From positions 1,364,001 through 1,428,000 of the forward strand of contig LSRY02000017.1 of NCBI GenBank assembly GCA_001643675.2: a DNA stretch of 64,000 nt, read 5' to 3'. The first letter of the stretch is position 1, and each line of letters opens with the position of its first letter. This DNA comes from Monocercomonoides exilis PA203 (Eukaryota > Protista > Preaxostyla). Positions 52,655 to 63,050 of this stretch are shown one piece after another. Made by a program: the position numbers and the translations under genes. The notes beneath the pieces were generated by a model, which was given only the letters and a program-made list of their open reading frames with translations, searched no databases and was not told the origin of the DNA.

Positions 52655-53400
52655 ATGTCAGCAACTGTTTTGCGTAGGATCCAGATTGTTTGGAAATTTC
52701 ATTTGCACTATTTCTTTTTACAGATTCTGTTATATTAAAAGGAAATTAATCGTTTTTCAACGGACCCAGTTGAGGGTATTCGAATTGCACCACATGAGGA
52801 TAATATTAGATATATAGACGCATTTATCAAAGGTCCAATGGGTTCTCCTTACGAAGGAGGAGAATTTAAGCTTGAAATATTTCTGAGAGATGGCTATCCA
52901 ATGGAGCCTCCTCTTGTGCGCTTTTTAACACCTGTTTATCATCCAAATATTGATAAATTAGGGCGCATTTGCTTGGACACCCTGAAAGATGCATGGACTC
53001 CAGCAATACAGATACGAACTATGCTCATGAGTGTTCAAGTTCGATTTCCCACTAAATTTTTTAATAAATAAATTATTTGTTATTTCAATGAAATACTTTA
53101 TGTATTGAATTTATAGGCTCTTATGAGTACACCAAATCTTGACGGTATGATATTAATAGTGTTTTGTCTTTTATTTTTGAAATTCTTATTCTATTTTTAA
53201 AAGATCCATTAAATGAAGTTGCTGCAAAGCACTGGAAGCGCGACAAAGCATCCGCAGAAGCAGAAGGTATTATTCTTTGATTTTTCTTAGGAAATTTTTT
53301 GATTATTTATAATGACATGCTTCTTTCATGATTTATATGAACAATTTTTTTTTTTACACCAGCAAAACGGCTGACTGCTCTTCATGCGAGAGCAAAATAA
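52655..53400 (+). CDS. UBE2N: E2 ubiquitin-conjugating enzyme Ubc13, 5 exons
   Basis: [15 protein letters not shown]...YPMEPP...[14 protein letters not shown]...QIRT...PNLD|DPLN...WK. Spliced end [12 protein letters not shown] at TAA 53398-53400. Confidence 0.88.
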
Positions 53401-55599
53401 ATGAAAATGTTATTCTTACATTTGGCAAATAACATGTTAATTTAACAATGAAGTATTGATGATTTTGAAATTTTTCTTTATTTATTTTTCTTATGACATC
53501 TCATCTGACTTAAAAAATCCAGTAAATTAAAAAAATCTTTCAATTTTTGATAAAACGAACTTTTATAATCTGAAAATTGAATTTTGAAAGTTCGGAATTT
53601 GAATAATCTTTGTTTGATGTGTTTTGAACATAAATAATTATTTTATTTAGGATTATTTGTACAAATTAATAATAAATTAATTTCGAATTTTTTTTTTACT
53701 CAAGAAGTTAGCATCTTCTTTGAAAAATAAAAATAACAAATTTTTTTTAAAATGACCGACAGCAACAAAAAATGGTAAGTCGTGTCGCATAGGTCTGGTG
53801 TATGTGTTTGTTAAATTCCTCATTGAAAATAAAAAAATATTTTTTTATATTTTGAAAACTGATGGCACAATTGTTTTTTCTGTTATTGCTTCAACAAAAA
53901 AATTTTTTTTGATATAAAAATAATTTTCACTTAATTTATTTAAGATAAACATTTCGTATTCGTGAAAAAATCGACTTTTGTTTTAAACTTTGTTAGTTGG
54001 ATATCATTTTAAATTTAACATTTTTTCAAAAAAAAAAAAAAAGAAAGAAAAACAATGAATAAAATATGACAGAATTGTTCGAATATTTTATGTGGAACAA
54101 ATTCCATTAAATCTGAATTTTATTCCATTCGCATTTCATTTTCATCACATTATTTTCACTTTCTTATTTATAATTTTGATTTCAATGTTAACAATGTTTG
54201 ATGAAATTAAAGTCATTTGGAGGGAAATGAGAATAAGACCAAATGAGAATAATGGATTGAACCAATAGTGAGTTTATTCATAAAATGGAAATATGAAAAT
54301 AAGAAAGTGATTATTTGATTCCTAATAATGTCCTAATTTTTTTGAAAAGTTCATTTTGTTCAATTTTCCAAATAAATAAAAATTTCATATTTTGATCAAA
54401 TATCTGTTTTCACTAACGAAACTTCACTTTAATAGATGAAATAACTTGATAATGCTATCATAGACTTTTCTGTGATATTTCGTGAGTGGAAACAGTTAAT
54501 TGATGAAAATATGAAGTTTATTTTTTATTTGAAAATTGAACAAAAGGAAGTTTTCAAAAAAAATATGCTACAGATATCGCACAAAATACCGGACAATATG
54601 GGTCATTATTTTTCATATCGTAACTTTGTTCGAAGAAAGATCTTTTTTTTATTAATTGTGGTAAAAAGAGAAAAAGGCAAAAATACATATTTATAAATGA
54701 ATAGAAAAAGAATCGTGATCGAATTTTAGCAAACCAAGTTAATCTGTGAAAATTGTGAAAATTCCATTATAACATTTAATTTTTGAGTTATTTCTTTTAT
54801 TTGAATTATATGGAATTATGAAGGTTAACAGGCTCAATTATCACTTATAAAAGATTTCAATTTGAGTATGATTCAAGGAAATAACTTTTTTTAATGCTTC
54901 GAATTAACTTTCGTTTGAAAATGAATGATTGATTGATTTATTAAATTTAGAAGCGAAATTGTGAGGTTTATAATTTTGTATTATATTTTTTTTTAACTTT
55001 ATTTATGTTATGAATGACGCACATTCGATTTTTGTCGAATAGAGTTGTTCGTGAGATGCAAATTATATTGGAAAATAAATGTTTTGTTTATTGAATGATT
55101 TAACAAGAAGTGGAATAAAAATGAAGTCAAATCATAATTATTGTATGTTAACATTTCGAACAATTGAGATAAAATGTTAAAAGTGACCTCAATGTTTTGT
55201 AAAGAAATTATTTTATTTTTCATTGTTTTTTGTTTTTTCTTCATTTCAAACATTGGACTTTATTGTTTTAATTGAAAAGTTTTTCGTTTATGAAATTTCC
55301 ACTTCATTTATCTTGATGAGATTATGCATTTATCTTTCCAGTTGTGAGATCAACATGTTTTTGATATATTTTATAGAAGAACTTGCTAAACATAACACAA
55401 TAATTTGATTTCTCATTAAATATATAATTAACTTTAGCAATTCCAAAATATTTATTTCTATTTTCCAGTGCAAAGGTGAAATGAAGAAAAAGATAAAACA
55501 AAAAAAAAAGTGAGGAAAATTACGTGAAATCAATAAATGAGAAAAAGAATCCATCTTTTGCTAAGCTTCGTTTTATTTACATGCATAAGGAGAATTTAT

Positions 55600-56810
55600 T
55601 GTTTCTATTCAGTCTGCTCCAGAAACATGAAAAGTTGACAAAAAAAACCTTCCCCCATCACAATATGTTTTGCATTTCTGGAACTCGCAGCCGCTGATCC
55701 AGACACACGAAGTAATACAATAAGCTACATCCCTCCTCCAGTATGATTTTGAGCAGTACATCCATCGAACGAGTTGTTTTCGATTTTGATTGAATTAATT
55801 GAATTGCACATAATTCCTCCACCATAAGCATATGAATAGCAGTTGTTGAATGAACAAAATTTCACTGAAAGTGTTCCCGATCCAAGGTTATACATGTGAA
55901 TCGCCCCTCTACTTGATATTCCATCTGAGACAGAATATTGATTTTCAGTTGTAATTGACCCATTCCACACGCACCAAGTGAATGAATTCGCCCCATTGTC
56001 TGCAATCTGCTGTCTCCCTGGTTTCGATGGATTCCCTTCACTCCCGCTGACTGCAACATTCTGAGACCGATAGCACATGACAAACGAGGTGTTCGAGGCA
56101 TCCAAGGAAGATGAGGGGCTGTTGAGCGAGGAGACAATGCCCCATCATACACATCCCACACTGATACAAATTCACACCCACTCATCAGAAATGATGTTTG
56201 GCCCAACCCTTCACCCAGATGTGTTGTTTTCTGTGGATCTGTGGAGATGTTGAAGAAGGTCAGCTGCGTGAGAGATACAAGGGGTGTCAGGGGAGGCGCC
56301 AGAAACGGGGCTGAAGACACACAAAAAGATGAGAAATGAATCTCACTCACCAATACATTCCCTCCTCCTTCGCTTTCTTCTTCTCTTCCTTCTCCTCTTC
56401 CTTCTCTACCTCTTCTTCCTCCACCTTCTTGTTGTCCTCCTCTCCCTCCTCCTTCATCTCTTCCTCCTCCAATTCCTCCTCCACCTTCTCTCTCACTCTT
56501 CGTCAGCCCCATCATCCCCTCTCCTCCAAACAGTCTCCCACACACATTTCCTCCCCTTCCAACCCCCCTAAGCGTGATGTTCCAAAACACCCCTCTGCAC
56601 CCGCCCAGCTCAAACACCCCCGCCTCCTTGCCTCTCCCCATCTCCACACCACATCCCCTCACCACAACCACACTCCCCCTCATTCCACACACAATCCTCC
56701 CAATTTCATCTCCAATCAGCTCAATCCCCTTCAACTCAACCATCATGCTCCATAACTCCCTCACAAAAAAATACTCATCTTCTTCCTTTTTCCAACTTTT
56801 TTTCAAATTT
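55600..56810 (-). pseudogene. Captured, frameshifted fragment of a beta-helix surface-protein gene (transposon cargo)
   Basis: ORF 55862-56806 (SFLMSGCEFVSVWDVYDG) shifts frame into ORF 55725-56105 (ASNTSFVMCYR...RGAIHM...SVKFCSFNNC...GGGI...GGGM*), then a premature TAG. Confidence 0.75.
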
Positions 56811-57699
56811 CTCTAAAAAATCATATCTCTGATTTTCCCCTTCCCTTCTTTCTTCGCCTTATTCAAATTTTCTCTTTCAATCGAACTTCCAAAATATTAT
56901 CTTCTTCTTCTCAATCATATGCCAAATTTCTTCTTTTGCTGTATCATCTATTCCTTGATCTCATTTTCGGCTTTTAATAAGATTCACCGTAAATGTCTTC
57001 CAAAACCATCAAAAAAATATCTTCTTCTCTTTTCCTTTCATTTATATTTTGCGCCCGCTCACTCCACCAAACGCCTTCCAATTATTATATCCTGATTTCT
57101 TTTAATGCATCCAATATCCCCATCTTCTCATATTCCTTGTTCATTCGTTGTCGTTGAACGTTCTTGCAAAAATCCTAGTTTCACAAAAAAATAATATTTG
57201 AAAAAACATAATTAAAAAAAATATAAATACACACCGTTATAATGATCATTCTTCACCGACTTCATTCTCCTCCCCCAAATATTTCCTTTCTGCCTATAAA
57301 TTCCATCTTTCCAGCCTTCGCTTCCCTTCTGCTTCCTCAAAAAACATTAATCAGCTAAAGCCCAACTTCTTGTTGCTTCTTCTCAAATAACCTCCACAAA
57401 CCCTTTTCTTAAAAATATCGAAGGGGAAGATGAAGATGAAGAAGCAGATGAATTAGAGGAGAGCTCAGACTTTTCGAAGTCCATGAAGGCGAAAATGATA
57501 ATAACCAAGAAGAAGATTTCACATAAAAATATTTTCTTTTGTTGTGGTGGTGCAAACGAAAACATGATGGTGATAATGACGGTGAAGAAGAAAATGAGGA
57601 GCATGAGGAAGATGTGGAAGATGAAGAAGGCGAAGAAATGATGTGACAAACAATTCTTTTCGCAATTCAATCATATTTCATAAGATCTTGAACATCCCC

Positions 57700-58550
57700 C
57701 AAAACATCCCATTTCCACAGCTCACTTAAAACTCTTCACAAAATCTCATTCCCAAATGTTATGCCTGATCCTTCCATCCAAATCATTTCATTCGGCCATC
57801 CACTGCTCATTCCTCTGCCTTTTCTTCGCCATTGCCCTCCCCTTTCCCCTCACAATTCCAGAGCGATGGCTGCTCTCAGTTTCTTGTCTTTGCTATTCTC
57901 CTCCTCCATCCACCTCACAATATTCTCCGAAAACAACACCCCTCTCCTTTTATTCATCTTTCTCGCCCTCTTCCAGAAATTCCTTCCCCTCCTCTTTCCC
58001 TTCTCATCCTCCACACAGCCTGTCCTCACCATTCCCCTTTCCATCGCTTCTCCGCTCCATCGCCTCTCTGGTGAACGGCTTCTCCCATCGCAGCAGTCTT
58101 CTCCTGAAAGTCCTCTCGCCCTTTGAAGACACACCAAACAAAATGGCTGCGCCTCCAACACACAGCCCGATAATCCATCTGCCAACAAGATGGAGGGCAA
58201 TGATCAGCTGCGCGAGGCTATCCTGACAAGAGATACAGAAGCGGAGGCGGCGAGCATCCAGTCGGAGATGCTTGGCCAGTCGCTCCTGCGGAAACCGCTC
58301 CACAACTACCCTATGCACAATCTGCTGTTGTTGTTGTTGCTGCTGCCATCGCTTGGCAAAGAAGAGCTGCCTGTGTTCTTCAGACACCACCCGATGGATG
58401 TGACTGCAGCGTTGCAATGGTGTTGGTGCGGCAGAGGAGAAGAGAAGAGAAGAGATGAGATGAGATGAGATGATGTGCAGTTGCACTCGATTAGCTGAGA
58501 GTTCAATGGCTGTGCAGTGTCTGCTGCAGCTGAATTCTTTAAAAACAAAC
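57700..58550 (-). pseudogene. Second decayed GC-rich gene fragment inside the transposon, possibly from the surface-protein family
   Basis: One frame with scattered stops reads NAAVTSIGWCLKNTGSSSL...ASASVSLVRIASRS*SLPSILLADGLSGCVLE. Coding-like composition but no intact gene. Confidence 0.4.
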
Positions 58551-60858
58551 CAAAGAAGAAGAAGAAGAAGAAGGCGAAGAAGAAAAAAAGAAAGAAAATG
58601 GTTGCGATGAAGTTAAAGGCATCAACGAACGTGGTGGCATCACCTGTTTTGTCTCTACGGGATTAAGTCCGAGTGCTTCGCAGCTCCTTCATTCCTTTGC
58701 AGCCGTCCTTCTAAAGCTCCTCCTTTCCATCGCTCTCTCACACAACCCATTCCTGCTTTTCTATTTTCGTTCCTCTTCCTGCCGCGGCAACGCCTCAAAG
58801 CACCTGTCGGAGTCTTCATCATTCTCTCAGGAATCCCCTTCAACTTTGCCTCCTTCTCCATTTAGAATACAGCTTTCCCTTTTCATATGCATCCCTTACT
58901 TTCCCCGCCTAGTGCTTAAATGTTTTCAGCCTCTGCTTCTTTCATTTCTGCTTCACATTTCTCGAAAGATGCTAACAAAACAAACAAATATACAAATCAA
59001 CAAATACATAAATAGTAAAATAAATGAATGAATATACAAAATTACACATATATCTAATTGTTGATTACCTTCTGAATTTTTCTTCTTTGTTAATCCATTT
59101 GACCAAATAGCTAATATAACATCAAATAGTACGAAGGCTTCATTTTTCTTTTTTTTTTTAAATAAAAATCTTCAAAGCTTCTTTCGAACAACTCTATTCG
59201 ACAAAAATCGAATGTGCGTCATTCATAACATAAATAAAGTTAAAAAAAAATATAATACAAAATTATAAACCTCACAATTTCGCTTCTAAATTTAATAAAT
59301 CAATCAATCATTCATTTTCAAACGAAAGTTAATTCGAAGCATTAAAAAAAGTTATTTCCTTGAATCATACTCAAATTGAAATCTTTTATAAGTGATAATT
59401 GAGCCTGTTAACCTTCATAATTCCATATAATTCAAATAAAAGAAATAACTCAAAAATTAAATGTTATAATGGAATTTTCACAATTTTCACAGATTAACTT
59501 GGTTTGCTAAAATTCGATCACGATTCTTTTTCTATTCATTTATAAATATGTATTTTTGCCTTTTTCTCTTTTTACCACAATTAATAAAAAAAAGATCTTT
59601 CTTCGAACAAAGTTACGATATGAAAAATAATGACCCATATCGATTTCACAATAGCTGCAAGAGGAATAATTCTATTAATTTTCCTCTAAATATATCTCAT
59701 CAATACTTACTCATTTGATAAACAAAACTTTCACAATAGCCACATTTGTGCTCAGAAAAATTTATTTTTTAAATCTCGGAGAAACTTTTTATCCTTATTC
59801 TCCTGGAATCAAATAATTATTTTTTCTGAGCACAAACGAAGCTGTTTAGAAAGTCTCGTTTATCAAATGAGTTTGTATTAATGAGATATATTTTAAGGAA
59901 ATTTTTCAGAATTATACCTCTTGCGGTTATTGAGAAATCGATCTTGTCCGGTATTTTGTGCAATGTCCGGTATTTTATGCGATATCTGTATATCTCAAAA
60001 AAACAACTATTTTGTGAAAAAGTTCCTGAATAAACTATTTTCAAATTTATTTCAAAAATAATAATTATTTTTTGAGTTTTTTTGTCTTTGTCATTTTGAT
60101 GATTTTTTTTTTGTGCAACTGAGAAACAATGATGAAATCAATAAACAAAATGATATGGGGCAAAACATTTCGCATCAGGCATTTTCATTGAAAAATTATG
60201 GATCTTTGATGAACTTTTTGTAATCAAAAAAATACAAAAAAAATGGGTTTCTTTATTGAAACAAATGTGAAATCCCATAACATTTTTATGTTATGTCAAC
60301 GATGCTTGTATGCAGTTATGAAAATCAAATTTGTTTTGAAATCCAAGTGAGTTTTATAATGTTATGAGAAAAACAATTTTTTCGTTCTTTGTGCAAAAAA
60401 AGCTTGAAAGTCCGTATTTTCCCCCATATAATAGATGATTCCTTCTCATTGAACTGTGACAAAAGCTCTATGTCCTCCTTACGTTGATGAAAATATACAA
60501 ATTGACCCCCCTGACAGAAATAATTTTTTGATAATTTTTAAAATAGTTGCTTTGCTTTATTTTCTTGTGAAAGTGAAAATAGAATATTTCCATCAAGTTT
60601 TCTTTTCAACTCACAAAATTTCACCATCATGGAAACAGTTTCATTGTCAATGGTTTGTTTCTTTAATGGTGGAATTTGGTGAGTTTGTATGAAAAATTGA
60701 TGAAATTTTTGAATTTTCATTTTTTCCTAAAAATGAGACAAAAGGAACTTTTCAAAAAAATCACACATATTTGTTATTCTTTCTTTAAAGAAAAGAGTGT
60801 TTAATTTTTTGATTCATTTGTTTTTTGTATTTTTTCTAGAATTTATGCATTCTGTTTA

Positions 60859-61259
60859 GTTGGTGTTGAAAATAATGGACACTTTCAATAGCTGTGGACA
60901 GTTGAATTTTCTCACAACCAATGTTAGTTGCATTTTGACAATAAACCCAATTATTCCCTCATTGAATATAACCAAATATGAATTGTTTTTATCTTTCTTC
61001 CAACTCAACGAAATTGTTTATGAATTATTTTCAATTTTCGGAGAAACTTGCGGAAATTATTTTCTTCGAGTTTCTCCGAAAATTAAAAACGTTAAGTTTT
61101 TTATTCTTGGGAGCAAAATTTTATATTTCTGCATGACTTATAAGTTCACATTCATTGAGGGAATAATTGGGTTAATTGTTAAAAAGCTATAATCAACTGT
61201 TGTTGAGATAATGCGACTGTTTACAGTTATTAAAAGTGTCCACAATTATTAACACTAAC
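60859..61259. mobile_element. Old, degenerate ~400-bp foldback/MITE
   Basis: Paired arms: TGGACACTTT/AAAGTGTCCA, AACCCAATTATTCCCTCA/TGAGGGAATAATTGGGTT and central TTTTCGGAGAAACT/AGTTTCTCCGAAAA. Ends are approximate and no clear TSD is seen. Confidence 0.75.
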
Positions 61260-61766
61260 AATATGTCAAATTTGACCAGATGTCTTATTATTCCATTCTG
61301 CATATTTTTTATTGTTTTATATCATTTTAAAGTGATGAAAAACAGATCGATTGCAAGTATTTTTTGAAAAATATCAAATGTGAATATAAAAGAAAATTTC
61401 TCATTTGCGATAATTCAAAAAGAATTACACGCGTTGTTGATTCATTACGAAAAATTCATAAATAATTGCATAAGACATCATTATTCAACAACATCATCAT
61501 TAAAAAAATATCAAAAATTAAAAAATAACATTCAATAAATTTTCCTTTACAAAATTTCATTAAACTGCCACTTGATTAAAACATATTCTTTCAATAATTA
61601 AGAATAAATGAGAATTCCCCCCTCCCCCCTCCTATAAATGACACAACGTTCCCGGTTTATTTTTTTCACTTGTGATTCTTAAAATTATTTCAATTGTTCT
61701 ATTATCGCATAACAAGTTCAATATTATATTGTGTTTGATTTATTCATATATTGAACGAATATATTA

Positions 61767-62766
61767 GGGTGATTTTTTTATCCGGACATTTTTTTTAATC
61801 CGGACATTTTTTTTTATTGGCGTTTCTCACTAAATAAAAACAAAAAATAGAAAAGGCATATTGCATAAGGTTTGAATACGTATTTAATGTTCACACAAAA
61901 AAATTTTTATGTCAATTTTTGTTTTTGATGAAGATCTTAGGAATTTTTAATTTATTTTTGATCATTTGTTTTGTCCATTATGGACTATCTTTCTTTTTTT
62001 GTTTATTTTTAACTATAAGTTCATGAAACATACTCAATGACGTTTTATTATTCCAAATGTTATTTGTTTTTAACTATTTTTTCATAAGTTTTTCGCATTT
62101 CATCGTTTTTATCAAAAAATTTGAAAAACTGAAGTTTTCTGAATTTTTGTATGATATAATGATTTAAATTTTTAATAGGTTTGTAAATAAGATAAAAACA
62201 TATTGTTGTTTTAATTTATTAGTCATATTTGATTGAATCAAAAATGAAATGAGCAAATATGTTAAAATCAAAAATTGATTGATGCAACTTCAGCAACAAC
62301 ATTTCACAAAATTTTAATGTGGTGAATGCTTAACTCAAGTTGTTCAATTTTCATACGCATCACTTTAAATATCAAATAAACATTGTATCTTTATGAATTT
62401 TCAGTTTTTCAAATTTTTTGATAAAAACGATGAAATGCGAAAAACTTATGAAAAAATAGTTAAAAACAAATAACATTTGGAATAATAAAACGTCATTGAG
62501 TATGTTTCATGAACTTATAGTTAAAAATAAACAAAAAAAGAAAGATAGTCCATAATGGACAAAACAAATGATCAAAAATAAATTAAAAATTCCTAAGATC
62601 TTCATCAAAAACAAAAATTGACATAAAAATTTTTTTGTGTGAACATTAAATACGTATTCAAACCTTATGCAATATGCCTTTTCTATTTTTTGTTTTTATT
62701 TAGTGAGAAACGCCAATAAAAAAAAATGTCCGGATTAAAAAAAATGTCCGGATAAAAAAATCACCC
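61767..62766. mobile_element. 1,000-bp foldback element: 367-bp TIRs, 266-bp spacer, TA flanks
   Basis: 61767-62133 is the reverse complement of 62400-62766. TA|GGGTG...CACCC|TA with a doubled subterminal ATCCGGACATTTT. Confidence 0.92.
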
Positions 62767-63050
62767 TAAATTTCATTTAACTTTATGAAAAACTCTAAAT
62801 ATTTCTTTGCAAATAACCTAAAACCATTTTCATCTTTGAAAATCTTAATTAACAATTCTTTCATCTTAAATTGTGAGCATCATATTCTCTTACATCACAC
62901 ATTCCGAAGCAGTCAAGAAGTTAACGGTTTATTCTTTTAACAAATAGAAGATAAAGTGTAAAACCTCTTAAAATGCAAATAGATAAAATTAAAAAGCTTT
63001 CATATACATTTTCAAAAATCTAAAATAAGTTAATGTACGATATTTACTAA

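Larger units (their letters stand above)
54600..59636. mobile_element. 5,037-bp non-autonomous Pack-type DNA transposon, 452-bp TIRs, 4-bp TSD ATAT
   Basis: 54600-55051 is the reverse complement of 59185-59636 (no mismatch noticed). ATAT at 54596-54599 and 59637-59640. No transposase recognisable inside. Confidence 0.93.
54571..59988. mobile_element. TA-flanked foldback MITE (Tc1/mariner-pogo-like, ~377 bp when empty), split by the 5-kb element
   Basis: TA|CAGATATCGCACAAAATACCGGACA at left and TGTCCGGTATTTTATGCGATATCTG|TA at right. 59641-59988 is an imperfect palindrome whose missing left tip is 54571-54599. Confidence 0.85.

Noticed and set aside
53750-53815. GC-richer island with ATG...ATG|GTAAGT on plus and an Sm-site-like ATTTTTTG on minus; considered as an snRNA or spliced leader
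   Set aside because: No U1/U2/U4/U5/U6 signature or convincing fold. It could be an orphan first exon; an Infernal/Rfam search would settle it.
61764-61769. TTAGGG/CCCTAA at the ends of the 1-kb foldback as telomeric repeats
   Set aside because: Single units only, explained by the TA flank plus the GGG terminus.
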